64,000 nucleotides of DNA, from contig OX597830.1 of assembly GCA_951406725.2 (NCBI GenBank), positions 40,982,001-41,046,000 of the forward strand, in the 5' to 3' direction. Shown here one piece after another: positions 1-12,680 of this stretch. The first letter of the stretch is position 1. Every line of letters begins with the position of its first letter. This DNA comes from Octopus vulgaris (taxonomy: Eukaryota). The translations under genes and the position numbers were made by a program. The notes beneath the pieces are model-generated. The model was not told where the DNA came from. It did not search any database and saw only the letters and a list, made by a program, of their open reading frames with translations.

Positions 1-325
1 CCTGGTGGTACTCTTGCTTTCCATGCAGCTCTCCACTCCCTTTTGCTTCTCTGATCATTTCTGATCCTGAGTATTGTATCTCAGAATACACAGCACTATG
101 CCACAGTGAACAATCTTGAGCAAGATATTCCAAAGTTGGCCATTTTAAACTACACTTTTTCAAAGTTGTCTTGAGCATCTCTTTGTATCTCTTCTTTGGC
201 TCACCACCTGACCAAGAGTCAGCTGGTTGTCTAAAAAGATGTCTTCAGGGAGTCTGGACTCAAGAATGCCACTTCATGTCCACTCCACCACAGCTGGAAT
301 TTACTTAAAGCACGTATGCTTGACA
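1..325 (-). mobile_element. Decayed RTE-clade LINE, C-terminal ORF fragment
   Basis: Minus strand reads QLWWSGH...SRLPEDIF...GGEPKKRYKEMLKTTLKK with frameshifts, matching the RTE tail pattern QLRWxGH...RLPK...GRPKKRYKD. Confidence 0.7.
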
Positions 326-361
326 AATAAGTTCTCACTAATCTAACTAGACACACACTTG

Positions 362-392
<31 letters not shown>

Positions 393-2698
393 TATGTATA
401 TGTGTATTTCTCTTTCTCCATTTTTCCTTAATTTTTTTTTTCTCTCTCCATGCCTATCCTATCTTTCAGAAGAAGAGTGAATGCTTGAAATGTAAAAGAC
501 ATTTCCTTTTTTTTCTCCATTTCCTGAGCATCAACCTAATGCCAACCCTGTTTATTATTTTTTTTTGCCTCATCCTTGCATTGTATTCTTACTCCTCACA
601 CACACACGCATATAAATACACACACACAGATACATATACATGTATATACACAAATGCATACACACACACACACACACACACACACGCATATCCATATCCA
701 TATATATATCCAAGAGCTGAATAAAGCAGGAAGTTCAGTTAAACTTTTTATTATAACCTCATAAATTACAGAAGTTGGATATATATATGAATTTATACAG
801 AGTTCTTAGAAATGGTTAAACTGTTATGCTCTCTCAATAAAAATAGCAACTTTTCAATGTGTGTGTGTGTGTATACCTATTTCAAAATGAATATTATTTT
901 GCTTTTCTCTTACTGATTTCCAAAATGAGTGACAACTGCTACAATATTGTCCTCCATAGAAGACTATTTTCATCATGATTCATGCAGACTTCCGTAGTCA
1001 TTTATTTCAGATATTTAGAGATTGTTCTTATAAATAAAAAAGCAGTAAAAAGCAGCCATTTGTTTTCTAAGGAATGTTAATGTTTTTGTTTTTGCTTTTA
1101 TTAAATCTCATTGTTACCATTATTTTCTTTTTCACTCGATAGCAAACACTTTCCACATTGCCCAGTTATTTTGTACTTGGTTAAGTATTATAATGTTTGA
1201 TTTGATATCTGACATAAGCTTTTGAGGAATTTTAAATTATTGCCAGATGGTAGAACAGAACTTGTTTTGTGGAGTGTCACAATATAATTAAAATGTTCCA
1301 TCCTAACCGATGTTGTTGATAAAAAAGAGATGACGGATGTTCTTCTACTAATCTAAAAATGGAAGAGCTCTAGACAAACTAGATGAAGCCTAGCTATTTA
1401 CTGTTTAGCTATTCACTAAAACCATATTTAATAATTCAAAAAGATATGATGTTAGCTAAATTTTTGTTTGCCATTTGCTTTCAAATATAAAAGTAAATTT
1501 ATCTGAAATATTGTTAGTGATATGATGTTCTGTATTATTAATTGATTCGTTTATGTGTATATCTTGCCTTGAAGCATCAACCATTGTTTGATCCCATTAG
1601 TTTTATACATACATAATATATGTGTGTGTGTGTATGTCTTTACATACATATGTGTGTGTGTGTGTGTATCTTTACATACATATGTGTGTGTGCGTATATA
1701 TATATATATATATATATCTGTATTTATACACACACACACACATGCATATATGAATGCATTTGTTTTCCTTTATACTTTATCTCCCAAAGTAATAGAGTCC
1801 ACTGACCTTTGCAACTTTTATTTATGAATTCTATCATTTCAATGTGAATTACCAATAATTGTTAAATTTTCCCTTTTTTTGTATTCCCTCCTTCACGTTT
1901 TTTTTTCTTTCCAGTTAACTTTTGAAAGCTTTGACAAATTCTAAATTACTTTTTGAAGTAGCTAACTTACACTTTTTTTTTATTTTGTATAATGGAGTTA
2001 AAGGTCAAACAATTTTGGGTTTTATTATTATTTAAATTTTTTTTTTATCCAATTTCATAAAAAGCTACATATGGATTTGATCAGATAACCTATTTGAGCA
2101 GATTTAGTTGGAATAATATCAAAATTTTAAAAATATCATATTATGACAGTTGTTCAAGTTTTGTGTGTAAAAGTAGAATATTTCTTAGTTCTTGTTTTCT
2201 ATTGAATTTTAACATTCTTTGGTTTAACTTTGTCGGAAATTTCCAAATTTTATTTATTTTTCTATCATAAAATCATTTGTATGAATGATTAAGAAAAAAT
2301 TCTAACCATTTTCATATTGATTTATCATTAGTAGTTTATGAATTTTGATCGGCTTAGTCTATCTATGTTAAAGTTTTATTCACAAAAGACTACACTGATT
2401 GTCTGATGTTTTCTAACCAACTTTTATAATAATTTTCTTCTTCATCTTCAACAATGATTGTCACTTGTATTGAACGGATGATCAGCAATTTATTTTGACA
2501 GCTTTACATTTGTTGTCATTGTTTTTTTGTTTCTGTTTCTTTTTTTTTTGGTGAAGAGAAAAGGTCTCTGTGTGTTTATGTATGTGGTAGTTGTGCTTAT
2601 GGGGGGGTGTTTGGAAAATGAAATGTTGTTGCATCTAATCGAATCTTGATATCAATTGAATGGTTATCGGTTCATATATTGTTATCAGTACTGTACTG

Positions 2699-2775
2699 CA
2701 AGAGTCCCCAACCACCAGGTCATGGATCAATACCAGGCTGTGGATCATTTGGTACCAAGTCACACAGAAAGAATA
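2699..2775 (+). mobile_element. hAT (Charlie/MER1-like) MITE left-end remnant
   Basis: caagagtccccaaccaccaggtcatggatcaataccaggctgtggatcattt resembles the left end at 35104. Confidence 0.5.
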
Positions 2776-2874
2776 AATTTTAAAATTTCATTTCTATTCT
2801 ATTGATTGTCGCAGTCTGCAGAGAGTTTTTTGCATTATATATGAATTATATATGTAATAATTACATTATATATT

Positions 2875-3152
2875 ATGCATGGCCTCATGGTTGGGTGCAT
2901 TGCCCTCATGATCTCAAGATTGTAGTTTTAATCCCCAGGCCTGCTGTGCATTGTTTTCTTGAGCAATACACTTCATCTTACATTACTCCAGTCCACTCAG
3001 CTGTAAATGGATCACCCTGTGATGGGCTAGGTTTCAGATCAGGAGAGACGTTGGCCTGCTTGCCTTTGAAAGCTAAAATGATGCAAAGTGCATTGTGACC
3101 AGTGATGTATAACAACATCTGATAGTCTGGTCAATCATATGATCACATGATA
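2875..3152 (+). mobile_element. SINE-D (tRNA-like head, V-domain-like centre)
   Basis: Shares ...acacttcat...cagtccactcag...cctgtgatgg with the copy at 42880; its 3' part recurs inverted at about 23910-23970. Confidence 0.6.
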
Positions 3153-3214
3153 TAATGCAGGTTATTGTATTTTGTTATGCATGTCATTCCCTAGGCTCTG
3201 GATAAAATTGTCTT

Positions 3215-3364
3215 GCATGGTTGGTGTTAGGAAGGGCATCCAGCTGTAGAAACACTGCCAAATTAGACTGGAGCCTGGTGCAGCCTCCTGGCTTCCCAGA
3301 CCCTGGTCGAACCATCCAACCCATGCTAGCATGGAAAATTGATGTTAAATGGTGATGATAATGA
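3215..3364 (+). mobile_element. SINE-C, 3' part with (GAT)n tail
   Basis: ggttggtgttaggaagggcatccagctgtagaaac...ccaacccatgctagcatggaaa, repeated more than 15 times in the window. Confidence 0.85.
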
Positions 3365-4009
3365 AACTTGTTGGTGGGGCAAAAATGGGTGGAGGCCACT
3401 GCTGTACAGTATCCCTAACAAAGATACATTATCTCTCAATAATTCTTTCAGCCTACCTCTAAATAGGAACCAAAATGAGATGCATTATGATGCTGTAGCT
3501 AATATGAATATTGTGTAATTTAGGTGCAATGTTAAATTCAGTCTTCTCATGGTTAAAACCTACATTATGTGGAAAGTCTATCCTATTCAGGGAGAAAGAT
3601 CTCTGACTGTTGTTAAAGATAATCAGTGCCTGAATCAGTGAGGAGATCTCTATATGGTTGTCAACATGGTGAAAATATCAGCTAAACCAGATTCAGATCA
3701 CATCTTATTGGCTTGAAAAAAGTGAAGATGAATTAGACAATATAGTCCTATATAACCCTGAAAGAGAATGAGCTTGAATGCTTTTGATCAAAGGTTTGCT
3801 TGATGAGGATTCAACAGTGTTTAAACAACAGCAATAATAACGAAACCATCAAAATGGTACAAGCTTCCATCATTGTAGGAGACATTAAAGAAAAATTAAA
3901 TGTTAAAATAATAGTTTTTCTTTCTCATATATGTTTTTGGCATGCTACAAGTAAGAGTACATCATTGGTATAGAGTCTTTGAATGTTTCAGTTCTATATG
4001 CTAAAGAGA

Positions 4010-4245
4010 TCACCATTATCATTTAATGTGCCTCTTTCTATACTGGAATGGGTTGGCTAGTTCAACATGAACAGGTAAGCCAGAGGGCTGCACTAGTCTC
4101 CAGTGTCTGCTTCAGCACAATTCCTACAGCTGGATACCCTTCCTAATGCCATCCACTTCACAAAGTGTACTGGATGCTTTTAACATGGCACCAGCACCAG
4201 TGAGGTCACCAAGTAACTTGCAAGATGAGACTCCTCAATTGAGTG
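4010..4245 (-). mobile_element. SINE-C, diverged copy
   Basis: ctacagctggatacccttcctaatgcc core and degenerate (CAT)n tail. Confidence 0.75.
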
Positions 4246-4382
4246 GAGTATAGTGTTGAGGAATAAAAAAAAGTATGATAGAGGAACTGGAGGAGGCGTC
4301 TTGTTGACGAGGTGAAACATGGTTTGCCTATCTTGACTGTCCTTCTTCACTTCATTTTCATAGTATTTATAATCAGTATTTA

Positions 4383-4618
4383 TCTATTTCTTTACTACCC
4401 ACAAGGAGCTAAACACAGAGAGGACAAACAAGGACAGACAAACAGATTAAGTCGCTTATATCGACCCCAGGGCGTAACTGGTACTTAATTTATCGACCCC
4501 AAAAGGATGAACGGCAAAGTCGACCTCGGTGGAATTTGAACTCAGAACGTAACGGCAGATGAAATACGGCTATGCATTTCGCCCGGCGTGCTAACGTTTT
4601 TGCCAGCTCGCCACCTTT
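4383..4618 (-). mobile_element. SINE-A (tRNA-derived, Meta/MESC-like central domain), CpG-rich copy
   Basis: Reverse complement is aaggtggcgagctggc...gttctgagttcaaattcc (B-box-like)...tcatcctttt ggggtcgataaattaagtaccag. Confidence 0.85.
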
Positions 4619-4914
4619 AATACTATTTCAGTATTTACCATTAGATTGAAATGGTTTGCTGAATCTTAATTTAAATTAACCATCATAAGTGATATTTGTG
4701 TTATTTTCCTTTTGGCTTCTAGAGAATTTTTTTTTAATGATATCTTGTTCAGTGACATCACGGAATTTCTCAGTATGTGGGTAAAGACAGATTTAGTGCA
4801 GTACTTTAATTAACTGGTATAATAAACTAGAGGAAATTTTATACCCTTGACACTCCTGCCCCCAGGAGCAGCTGCTTTCCTTATCCCCTTACCTCTTTCC
4901 TTTACCTCTAATGT

Positions 4915-5143
4915 TTAATGCTTTTGTTACCATATTTCTTTTGAAATACACCTTGTTTCAATTAGTTTTGAAAATTATGAAGAATTTAAGTAAAATAATT
5001 TTGTCAATATGAAGCAAGTATTTGGAATGTAAATTAACATAAAATTTTGATGAAAGTATTAATTAAGATTATTTTAAAGCAGGGAAGTTTGTATCATAGA
5101 ACCAAGGGTGATTTAAGGCAGGTTGGTATCAAAAAAGGGTTAA
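4915..5143 (-). mobile_element. Older TTAA MITE related to the 9623 family
   Basis: ttaatgcttttgttacc...ggtatcaaaaaagggttaa termini; interior similar to the 15485 copy. A further remnant lies at about 8745-8920. Confidence 0.65.
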
Positions 5144-5357
5144 AGAAATATCAATATACATGTTCATTTCATGGCAAAGAATGATCCTATTTTTATTATT
5201 AACTATCCCTCTAATGGGATGGCAAGTTTTATACCCTCATATTTTTGATTGGTCATTTTTTTTTTGTTTTGATGGCATTAATATTTTTGTTATAACAGAA
5301 AAGTAAAATATAAAGGAATTTATAACATTGAATATGAACATCTAGATGGCTATGTGT

Positions 5358-5484
<127 letters not shown>

Positions 5485-6389
5485 TTAAAAAAATTTGCTG
5501 GTAACTAAGCACAAATTTCATTTAATACTGGTGGAGCCACCTAATGTTTGTGATTTTTGCCTTAGAAATTAATTAATTAAAATTTTAATTGATAAAATAT
5601 TTTAATTAATTTAATTTTGCTTTCATATTCCCCCCAAATGAATTAACATGTGGTAACATTAACTCAGCCGTAACCCAAGTATTAAACATAATACTATTTC
5701 TAATCTGAAACATAAAACTATACTGTCAGAAGAGAGAGAGAGAGAGGGCAAGAGAGAGAGAGAAAGAGGGAGAGAGAAGAGAGAGAGAGAGAGAGAGAAA
5801 TTCAAGCTACAAAAATGTAATCACAATAATTATGAAATCACTGTCAATGGAATAACTGTTTAAACCCTTAGCAGTAAAACTTGTGTTTTACAATCTTCAG
5901 AAGAATAAAAGACAAATCTGACCCTGGCAGAACTGAAAACATTTGAATATCAGAATAACTAAAGTAACATCACAATAAATAACTGATCTTGCAGTTCAGT
6001 GTTCTACTTTTCCGATTTCTTTCCTCTGCTCTCAAATTATGCTGACTGCAGAAAACTTCTGGTGATAATGTTAGAATACCAGAACTATTCAGTTAAATTA
6101 AAATTTGCTGAATATAAATTTAATTTGAAGATTATTTTAGGAATGTGTATGCGTGTATGATATGTACTATGTGTGTATATATGAGCCTCTCTGTGTGTGT
6201 GTGTGTGTGTGTATTTATATATATATTTGTGGGTATGTGCATACCTATGTGTATTTATGTATTTGTATTTGTGCATCTTTGTGTGTATATCTCTGTATGT
6301 AAGTGTGTGTGTATGCATATATATGTGTGTGTGTGTATTATACATGTGTGTGTGTCTATCTCTATATATATACATATACACACACACAA

Positions 6390-6615
6390 ACGTACTCTGA
6401 AATGTTCATTTTGGAGCTTCCAGTGCAAACGCCAAGCAGCATAGCATGTCATTTCTAAATTTCTGGCAGAGTGAATTGCTTCATGGTGCTGTTTTTCTCA
6501 CAGATGGTGCCCATCTGACCCTACTGTAATGAGTAGTTGACAAAATCAAAAATAACCAATGCACATGTGCAAAATTAAAAATATATAATGGCAACAATTT
6601 ACCCATCACACCCTG
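6390..6615 (-). mobile_element. Left end of the Tc1/mariner family seen at 31537
   Basis: Reverse complement of about 31537-31750, including TIR cagggtgtgatgggtaaattgttgccat. Confidence 0.85.
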
Positions 6616-6634
6616 TGTGATGGGTAAATTGTGT

Positions 6635-6686
<52 letters not shown>

Positions 6687-7432
6687 CATACATACCAGAG
6701 TAAGCACATAAATGTAAAACAAGGTGGAGAAAATAGTACTTGAATACCAGAGGTAGAGTATAATATGCTTTATTATCAAAGCTGCAAAAATGGCTTTTAG
6801 CCATTTAGATGTTCTCAACCAAAACTGTCTGACCAACAGGAACGTGAAACTCTGAGTAACAGTTTTTTGTGATGTTTTTGCAGCTTTAATAATGAAGTGT
6901 GTGTGTGTGTGTGTGTATATATATATGTATGTATTTATGTGTATGTATATGTATGTGTGTATATGTATATGTGTATGTATATGTGTATATATATGTGTGT
7001 GTGTGTGTATATTTATATGGCTGATGTTTATGTTATCATGGTTATATGCACATATATATAATGGTTATGTGTATCTGTAATGGTTATATGCATGTATAAT
7101 GAATATATGCATCCATGTTTTTGTTCAAAATGTGTAAAATATTAGAAATTTCTACAAAGAAGACAAATTTCAGGAAGGAAAATGAAGGAATAGATTTCAA
7201 CCTTGCCTTTCCTTCTTACTGGAAGTCTAAAGTTGCTCTAGTTATAAATCATCACATAGCGTTTTCTCTTAGAATCTAAATGCACTTTACTCCATAATTC
7301 GTTGTATGCAGCCAGTGATAAAACTTAACTGTGTACACCATAGATTTATCTGATGTAATTAAACATATTTTATGACTTTCAAACCAGTGATTATGGCTGC
7401 ATTTAATAAATTTTTATGAATTTGAAATATGT

Positions 7433-7439
7433 ATAATAA

Positions 7440-7507
<68 letters not shown>

Positions 7508-7725
7508 ATAATAATAATAATAATAATAATAATATATATATCTATATATATATACACACACATATATATACAAACATATGTACATATGTATATATAATTA
7601 TATATATATACATACATATATATGCATGGATAATTAAATATACAAGTATGTATGTATATATTATATATACACATATATATAATTATATATATTTACATAC
7701 ATATACATATATACACACATATATG
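7433..7725. repeat. (TAG)n-(TAA)n followed by (TA/CA) compound microsatellite
   Basis: Directly visible; source of the poly-S/N/T/Y ORFs. Confidence 0.97.
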
Positions 7726-9622
7726 CATATAAGTAGTGCAATGCTTTTGCATATTAATAATTTTTGCATATTTTACCATAATTACCAAATTAAAAATTTC
7801 AATATATAAATTCTAAATTTTTCTGTTTATTTTTCTTTTTAGTTTATTAAATTTTTATTTTCTTTTAATTTTAAGTTTTCATTACATTGTTGATTTAAGC
7901 CAATAGATTAGTTGTTTCTGCAGTGTATCTCTACTAATAGAATATGAAGCCAATGAGGGAGACTTCTATGTATGCATTGGACCTGATATTAATACTAACC
8001 AGATCTCTCTTTAATCACATTCTACCTTCTTAAGCAAAATTAAAAGGAAGTACATATTAGATAATGTAGTCCTCCTAGTTACTGCGTTGTCTTGGGTTAG
8101 ACATTAAGCTGCTCTTGGTGGCAGGGATCCAGTTCAGGTGTTAAGATGTTTGGTGGGAGAATGGAGTTACCTGTTAGTTCCCATTAATGCCAAGCATGCA
8201 CTGGTCTGTGCTTTTGTAAGTATGGTCATCCACCAGGGCATTGATAACCTTCTGATCATCCTAGAGATGACTGATGACTTGCCCAGTGACTTTGTTTAAG
8301 GTGAAGAAAAGTTGTGCACCATCAACCCTGCTCTTTTGTCCTTGACCATCTTCAGTCCAATGGTGAGAGGAGGTCAAGATGACTAAGGATCAAACTGGAA
8401 GCATAGACAACCAAGATGTCTTATTTGTCTTATTTTGCTGTCCGCACTCCACAATGTGTTGCTGCAGCTGGCCTTCCTCCTTGTTAAACTGTGACAGTTT
8501 CTTCTGCAGAATCCACAAGATCCAGTCTTCATATGCATGTATAAGCAAGCTTTAATATGCTAATTAGCATATAGCTAGGACCCTGACTGGTGCTACTGCT
8601 CCAGATCTGAGTAGAACTGAGAGCAACAGTGGCTAAGAGGTGGTTCCACACTGCTCAAAACGTTGGAACTGCTGGACCAGGGCCCAGGACACTTTTGTAA
8701 GTCGATATGACTAGAAAAAATGATTCACTACTGTAATTCATTGCTGTAATTCTGTTGAAATACATTGCATTTGTTTCAACTAATTTTAAAATTAAAAAAA
8801 AATTACTTATGTTTGGAACATAAATTAACATGAAGTTTGATGGAAGTTTTGATTTCGATCACTTTAAACAGAAATTTTGTATCATAGAACCTGGGACAGT
8901 TTCATGTGGTTTGGTATCAAGAAATAGCAGCGCTGTGGAAATTAGGCTTCAGCTTGTATTTCGAGGTTAAGGTCTCTGAATTGTGCTGTTTTAGATGATA
9001 TGGCAATAAATGTTACATTTTATCATCTTCCCCCTCTTCATCATCATCATCAATACCATCTAACCATTTGTGGATTTAGAAATCAATGGTTCTGAAATAT
9101 TGTTTCTTCAGATTATTGATTTCTTACTTAAGCTCTACCAATATTGGAAAGAACACTGTGCAGTCAATTAAATCATACTCTCATATACTATTGGTAAGTA
9201 TTTTATTATCGACACTCCATAAAACTGAAATATATTATCAACCTTCAGTGGAGGTTGAACTTAGAATTTAGATGTATAAAATTTAATATACTGTAATGCA
9301 TTTAGTCTCAAATTCTGTTATTTCCAGTTTTTTTTTTAAACATTAGGTTGTTGCTGTTGTTGTTTATTGATCTTGATCAATCAAACCTATGAAGAAAGAT
9401 ATTCCACTGGTGCCAATCTGATATTTTATCATATCGACATACACGATATAATATCATGTACTTTGGACTTAATTTTCCAGTTTATCCACTTTTAGCACAG
9501 TCTTCTTTGAAAGAGATTCTTCTACTATTTCCAACAGAGTGTGTGACAATGTAGATGCTCTTTCTTTGATTCAGTAAGACTTAGTTTCTTAGAAAGGCAT
9601 GAAGTATGAGAATTATAGGAGC

Positions 9623-9851
9623 TTAAGCCTTTCGTTACCAACCCGGCTGAAACTGGCTCTGGTTCTGTAATACAAATGTTTTGTTTTCATAAGTTTTGAA
9701 TTAAAATCTCCCATCAAACCTTAGTCACAATTTATGTTCCTAACACTAGCTGAATGATAACCAAGTTATTTTACTAATTTCTTTGTAATATTTAAAGTAA
9801 TTGAAAGAAACACAGAGCATCTCAACAGAAATACAGTAACGAAAGGGTTAA
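9623..9851 (+). mobile_element. piggyBac-like MITE, about 225 bp, TTAA TSD
   Basis: ttaa-gcctttcgttac...gtaacgaaaggg-ttaa inverted termini; five close copies in the window. Confidence 0.9.
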
Positions 9852-10107
9852 TATTGAGACTCTATGGCTTTCATGCCTTTCTTTGGAATACTATCAATGT
9901 AATAGAAGTGAAATGGTCAGAACAGGGTTATAGGAATAGAGACCTCTTTCTGTTCTATGACACTTGTCTTGATTGAAGGCCGTAATGGTTGATGCATGAT
10001 TCTTCATCTAAGCCTGGCCTTTTGTTTAGCAATTTCCATTTGGCAATAGCTAAACAGCTGTTTTACATCTGCTGTCCAATATTTTTGTTTAGCATCATTA
10101 TTGTAAA

Positions 10108-10562
10108 TATCATCATCATCGACCAGTTCGCATGGAGCTTATTGAAGTTGAATTTTCTATTGCTGGATGTCTTTCCTCTTGCCAACCCGCACTGCTTCCA
10201 GGTAGGGTAACGTTTCCTCATGATTAGACTTATTTTCATGGAAGATTGGAAATGGAGGGCACTGCTTGCATGATGGTGACATTTGCTTACAACAATCATA
10301 CAGTGTCAAGGCAAAGAGACAGTAACATCCATACACACACACACACATGTGCCTGTGCACACGTGCATGTACATATACACACACACAGACATACACACAC
10401 ACACACACATGCATGTATGAGCTTCATTCAGTTTGTGTCCACCAAATCTACTCTCAAGGCTTTGGTTGGCCTTAAGCTATAGTAGAAGATATTTTCCCAA
10501 GGTACCACACAGTGAGACTGAACTCAAGGCCATGTGGTTGGGGAGCAAACATCTTACCATGT
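10108..10562 (-). mobile_element. Composite SINE: SINE-B head + (TG)n + SINE-C-like tail
   Basis: Same layout as 56240-56610 in opposite orientation. Confidence 0.75.
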
Positions 10563-10631
10563 GTTCATGTTAATATATAACATTTCTCCATGTCATGAAC
10601 ACACAGTATTATTATTATTATTATTATTATT

Positions 10632-10835
10632 GTGAGCTGGTAGAATTGTTAGTGTGCTAGGCAAAAATGTTTATGTTCTGAGTTCAAATTCTGCTGAAGT
10701 CAACTTTGCCTCTCATCTTTTTTTTTTTGGGGGGGGGGGGGGTCAGTAAAATAAGTACCAGTTATGTACTGGGGATGATGTAATTGACTATCCCCTTTCT
10801 GCCCAAACTTGCTGGCCTTGTGCCAAAATTTAAAA
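10632..10835 (+). mobile_element. SINE-A followed by (ATT)n tail
   Basis: gagctggtagaattgttag...gttctgagttcaaattc...aaataagtaccag...ggccttgtgccaaaattt. Confidence 0.85.
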
Positions 10836-10894
10836 CTATTATTATTATTATTATTATTGTTGTGTTTACTATCATTATTATTATTATTATTATT

Positions 10895-11492
10895 CACTAG
10901 TCTTATTTTTATCAAGTGCTTTCACTGCACTACCAAGTGCAGCTCTGTGTGCCTTGGCTATGTGCTGTAGTTTGTTATGATACTCTTATAGTTACTGTAT
11001 TGAAAGAGTTTTACGTAGGATGTATGTGGTGTCTAGTAGTGCTATTTTCTGTATGTTATATATACTTGTAAGTTCTGGTGTTTTTGTTATGTATTTGTCT
11101 AAATATTTTTTATCATACCTAATGCGCCCACTATGATAGGAATGGTTTCTGTTTATAGTCTCCACATTCAAGTTACCGCTATTTCCTGATCTTCGTATTT
11201 TGAAAGTTTCTCTATTTCTTTTAGAGAAACACTGTCATATGTTGGTATTGATACATCGATTAGAAAGCATTTTTTTTCTTGGTGATTTCTGAAAAACTAT
11301 ATCTGGCCTATTGGCCTTAATTTCTTTGTCTGTATGTATTGGCATATCCCAGAGTATGGTTACTATCTCATTTTCTGTGACCTTTACTGGCGTGTGCCTA
11401 TACTGTCTTTTTTCAGTTGTTATTCCATAGTGTTGGCACAGCTTCCAATGTATATTGATCCCAACTCTGTCATGTCTGTGAATATATTCCTT
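10895..11492 (-). mobile_element. 5'-truncated R4/Dong-clade non-LTR retrotransposon (restriction-like endonuclease domain + 3' UTR), decayed
   Basis: YIHRHDRV...ILWDMPIHTDKEIKANRPDIV...LIDVSIP...KEIEKLSKY...IPIIVGALG...IQKIALL; RHD and PD..D motifs; stops and frameshifts; (TAA)n on both sides. Confidence 0.88.
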
Positions 11493-11517
11493 ATTATTAT
11501 TATTGTTATTATTATTA

Positions 11518-11936
11518 TCACGTCGAGCAAAATGCTTAGTGGTATTTTGTCTACTGCTACATTCTGAGTTCAAATTCTATTGAGGTTGACTTTGTCTTTC
11601 ACCATATATACACACACACACACACACACACATATATACACACACACACACACACATACATATATACACACACACACATATATATATACATAAATATATA
11701 TATACGTATATATATACACACATATATATATACACAAATATATATATATATATATATACATATATATACACAAATATATATATACATAGATATATATACA
11801 CATATATATATACACATATATATACACATATACACATATATTGATTAAATAAGTACCAGTATGCACTAGGGTCAATGTAATTGACTTAACCCCTGCTCCC
11901 AAATTTCAGGCCTTGTGCCTGTAGTAGAAATGATTA
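11518..11936 (+). mobile_element. SINE-A interrupted by a ~235-bp (CA/TA) insert
   Basis: SINE runs to ...gactttgtctttcacc (about 11602) and resumes at ttgattaaataagtaccag (about 11841). Confidence 0.85.
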
Positions 11937-12279
11937 TTTCTGATATCTCTCATTGCACCAGGACTCATTAAAGCTATTGTAGAAATGGCACTAGAATTAA
12001 GATAAAAACATTGCTTGTTAGAGAATCTTCCACTTTGATTTAACTGGATATCAGTGGCTGTAATCTTATTTATGTTCTCCATTTTCGTCAACTACTTTAA
12101 ACACTTCATCTTCACATCATTCATTTATTCATTAGCCATGCTAGTTTATTCAACTCATTTGAGAAATCTGTCAAAGACTTCCTCAGATTTGTCTATTTTC
12201 TAATGAGCTGGTCCTTAACGGTGCTATATTGATTATTAGAAATCATGATTGCAAGCTGAGTCATGAATATGCTTATTGT

Positions 12280-12531
12280 AAGTGTGTGTGTGTGTGTATT
12301 TGTGTGGGTATATATATGTATATATATATGTGTGTGTGTGTATTTGTGTGTGTATATATATGTATATATATATATGTGTGTGTATATGTGTATATATATG
12401 TATATTATGTGTGCATATCTATGTGTATATATATATGTGTGTATATATATATATATATGTGTGTATATGTGTATATATATGTGTACATATATATGTGTAT
12501 ATATATTTATGTATATATATATTTGTGTATA

Positions 12532-12568
<37 letters not shown>

Positions 12569-12680
12569 GTATATATATGTGTGTATATATACGTATATAT
12601 ATATTTGTGTATATATATGTATATATATGTGTGTGTGTGTATATATATGTATATATGTATGTGTGTGTATATATATATAA
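12280..12680. repeat. Complex (TA/TG) microsatellite
   Basis: Directly visible. Confidence 0.97.

Noticed and set aside
8555-8572. 18-bp palindrome atatgctaattagcatat (POU/homeodomain-like)
   Set aside because: AT-rich and lies among probable repeat debris; no independent support for function.
9112-9199. AG...GTAAGT-bounded 82-nt exon-like segment
   Set aside because: The donor lies in a decayed antisense SINE-A and the length is not frame-preserving.
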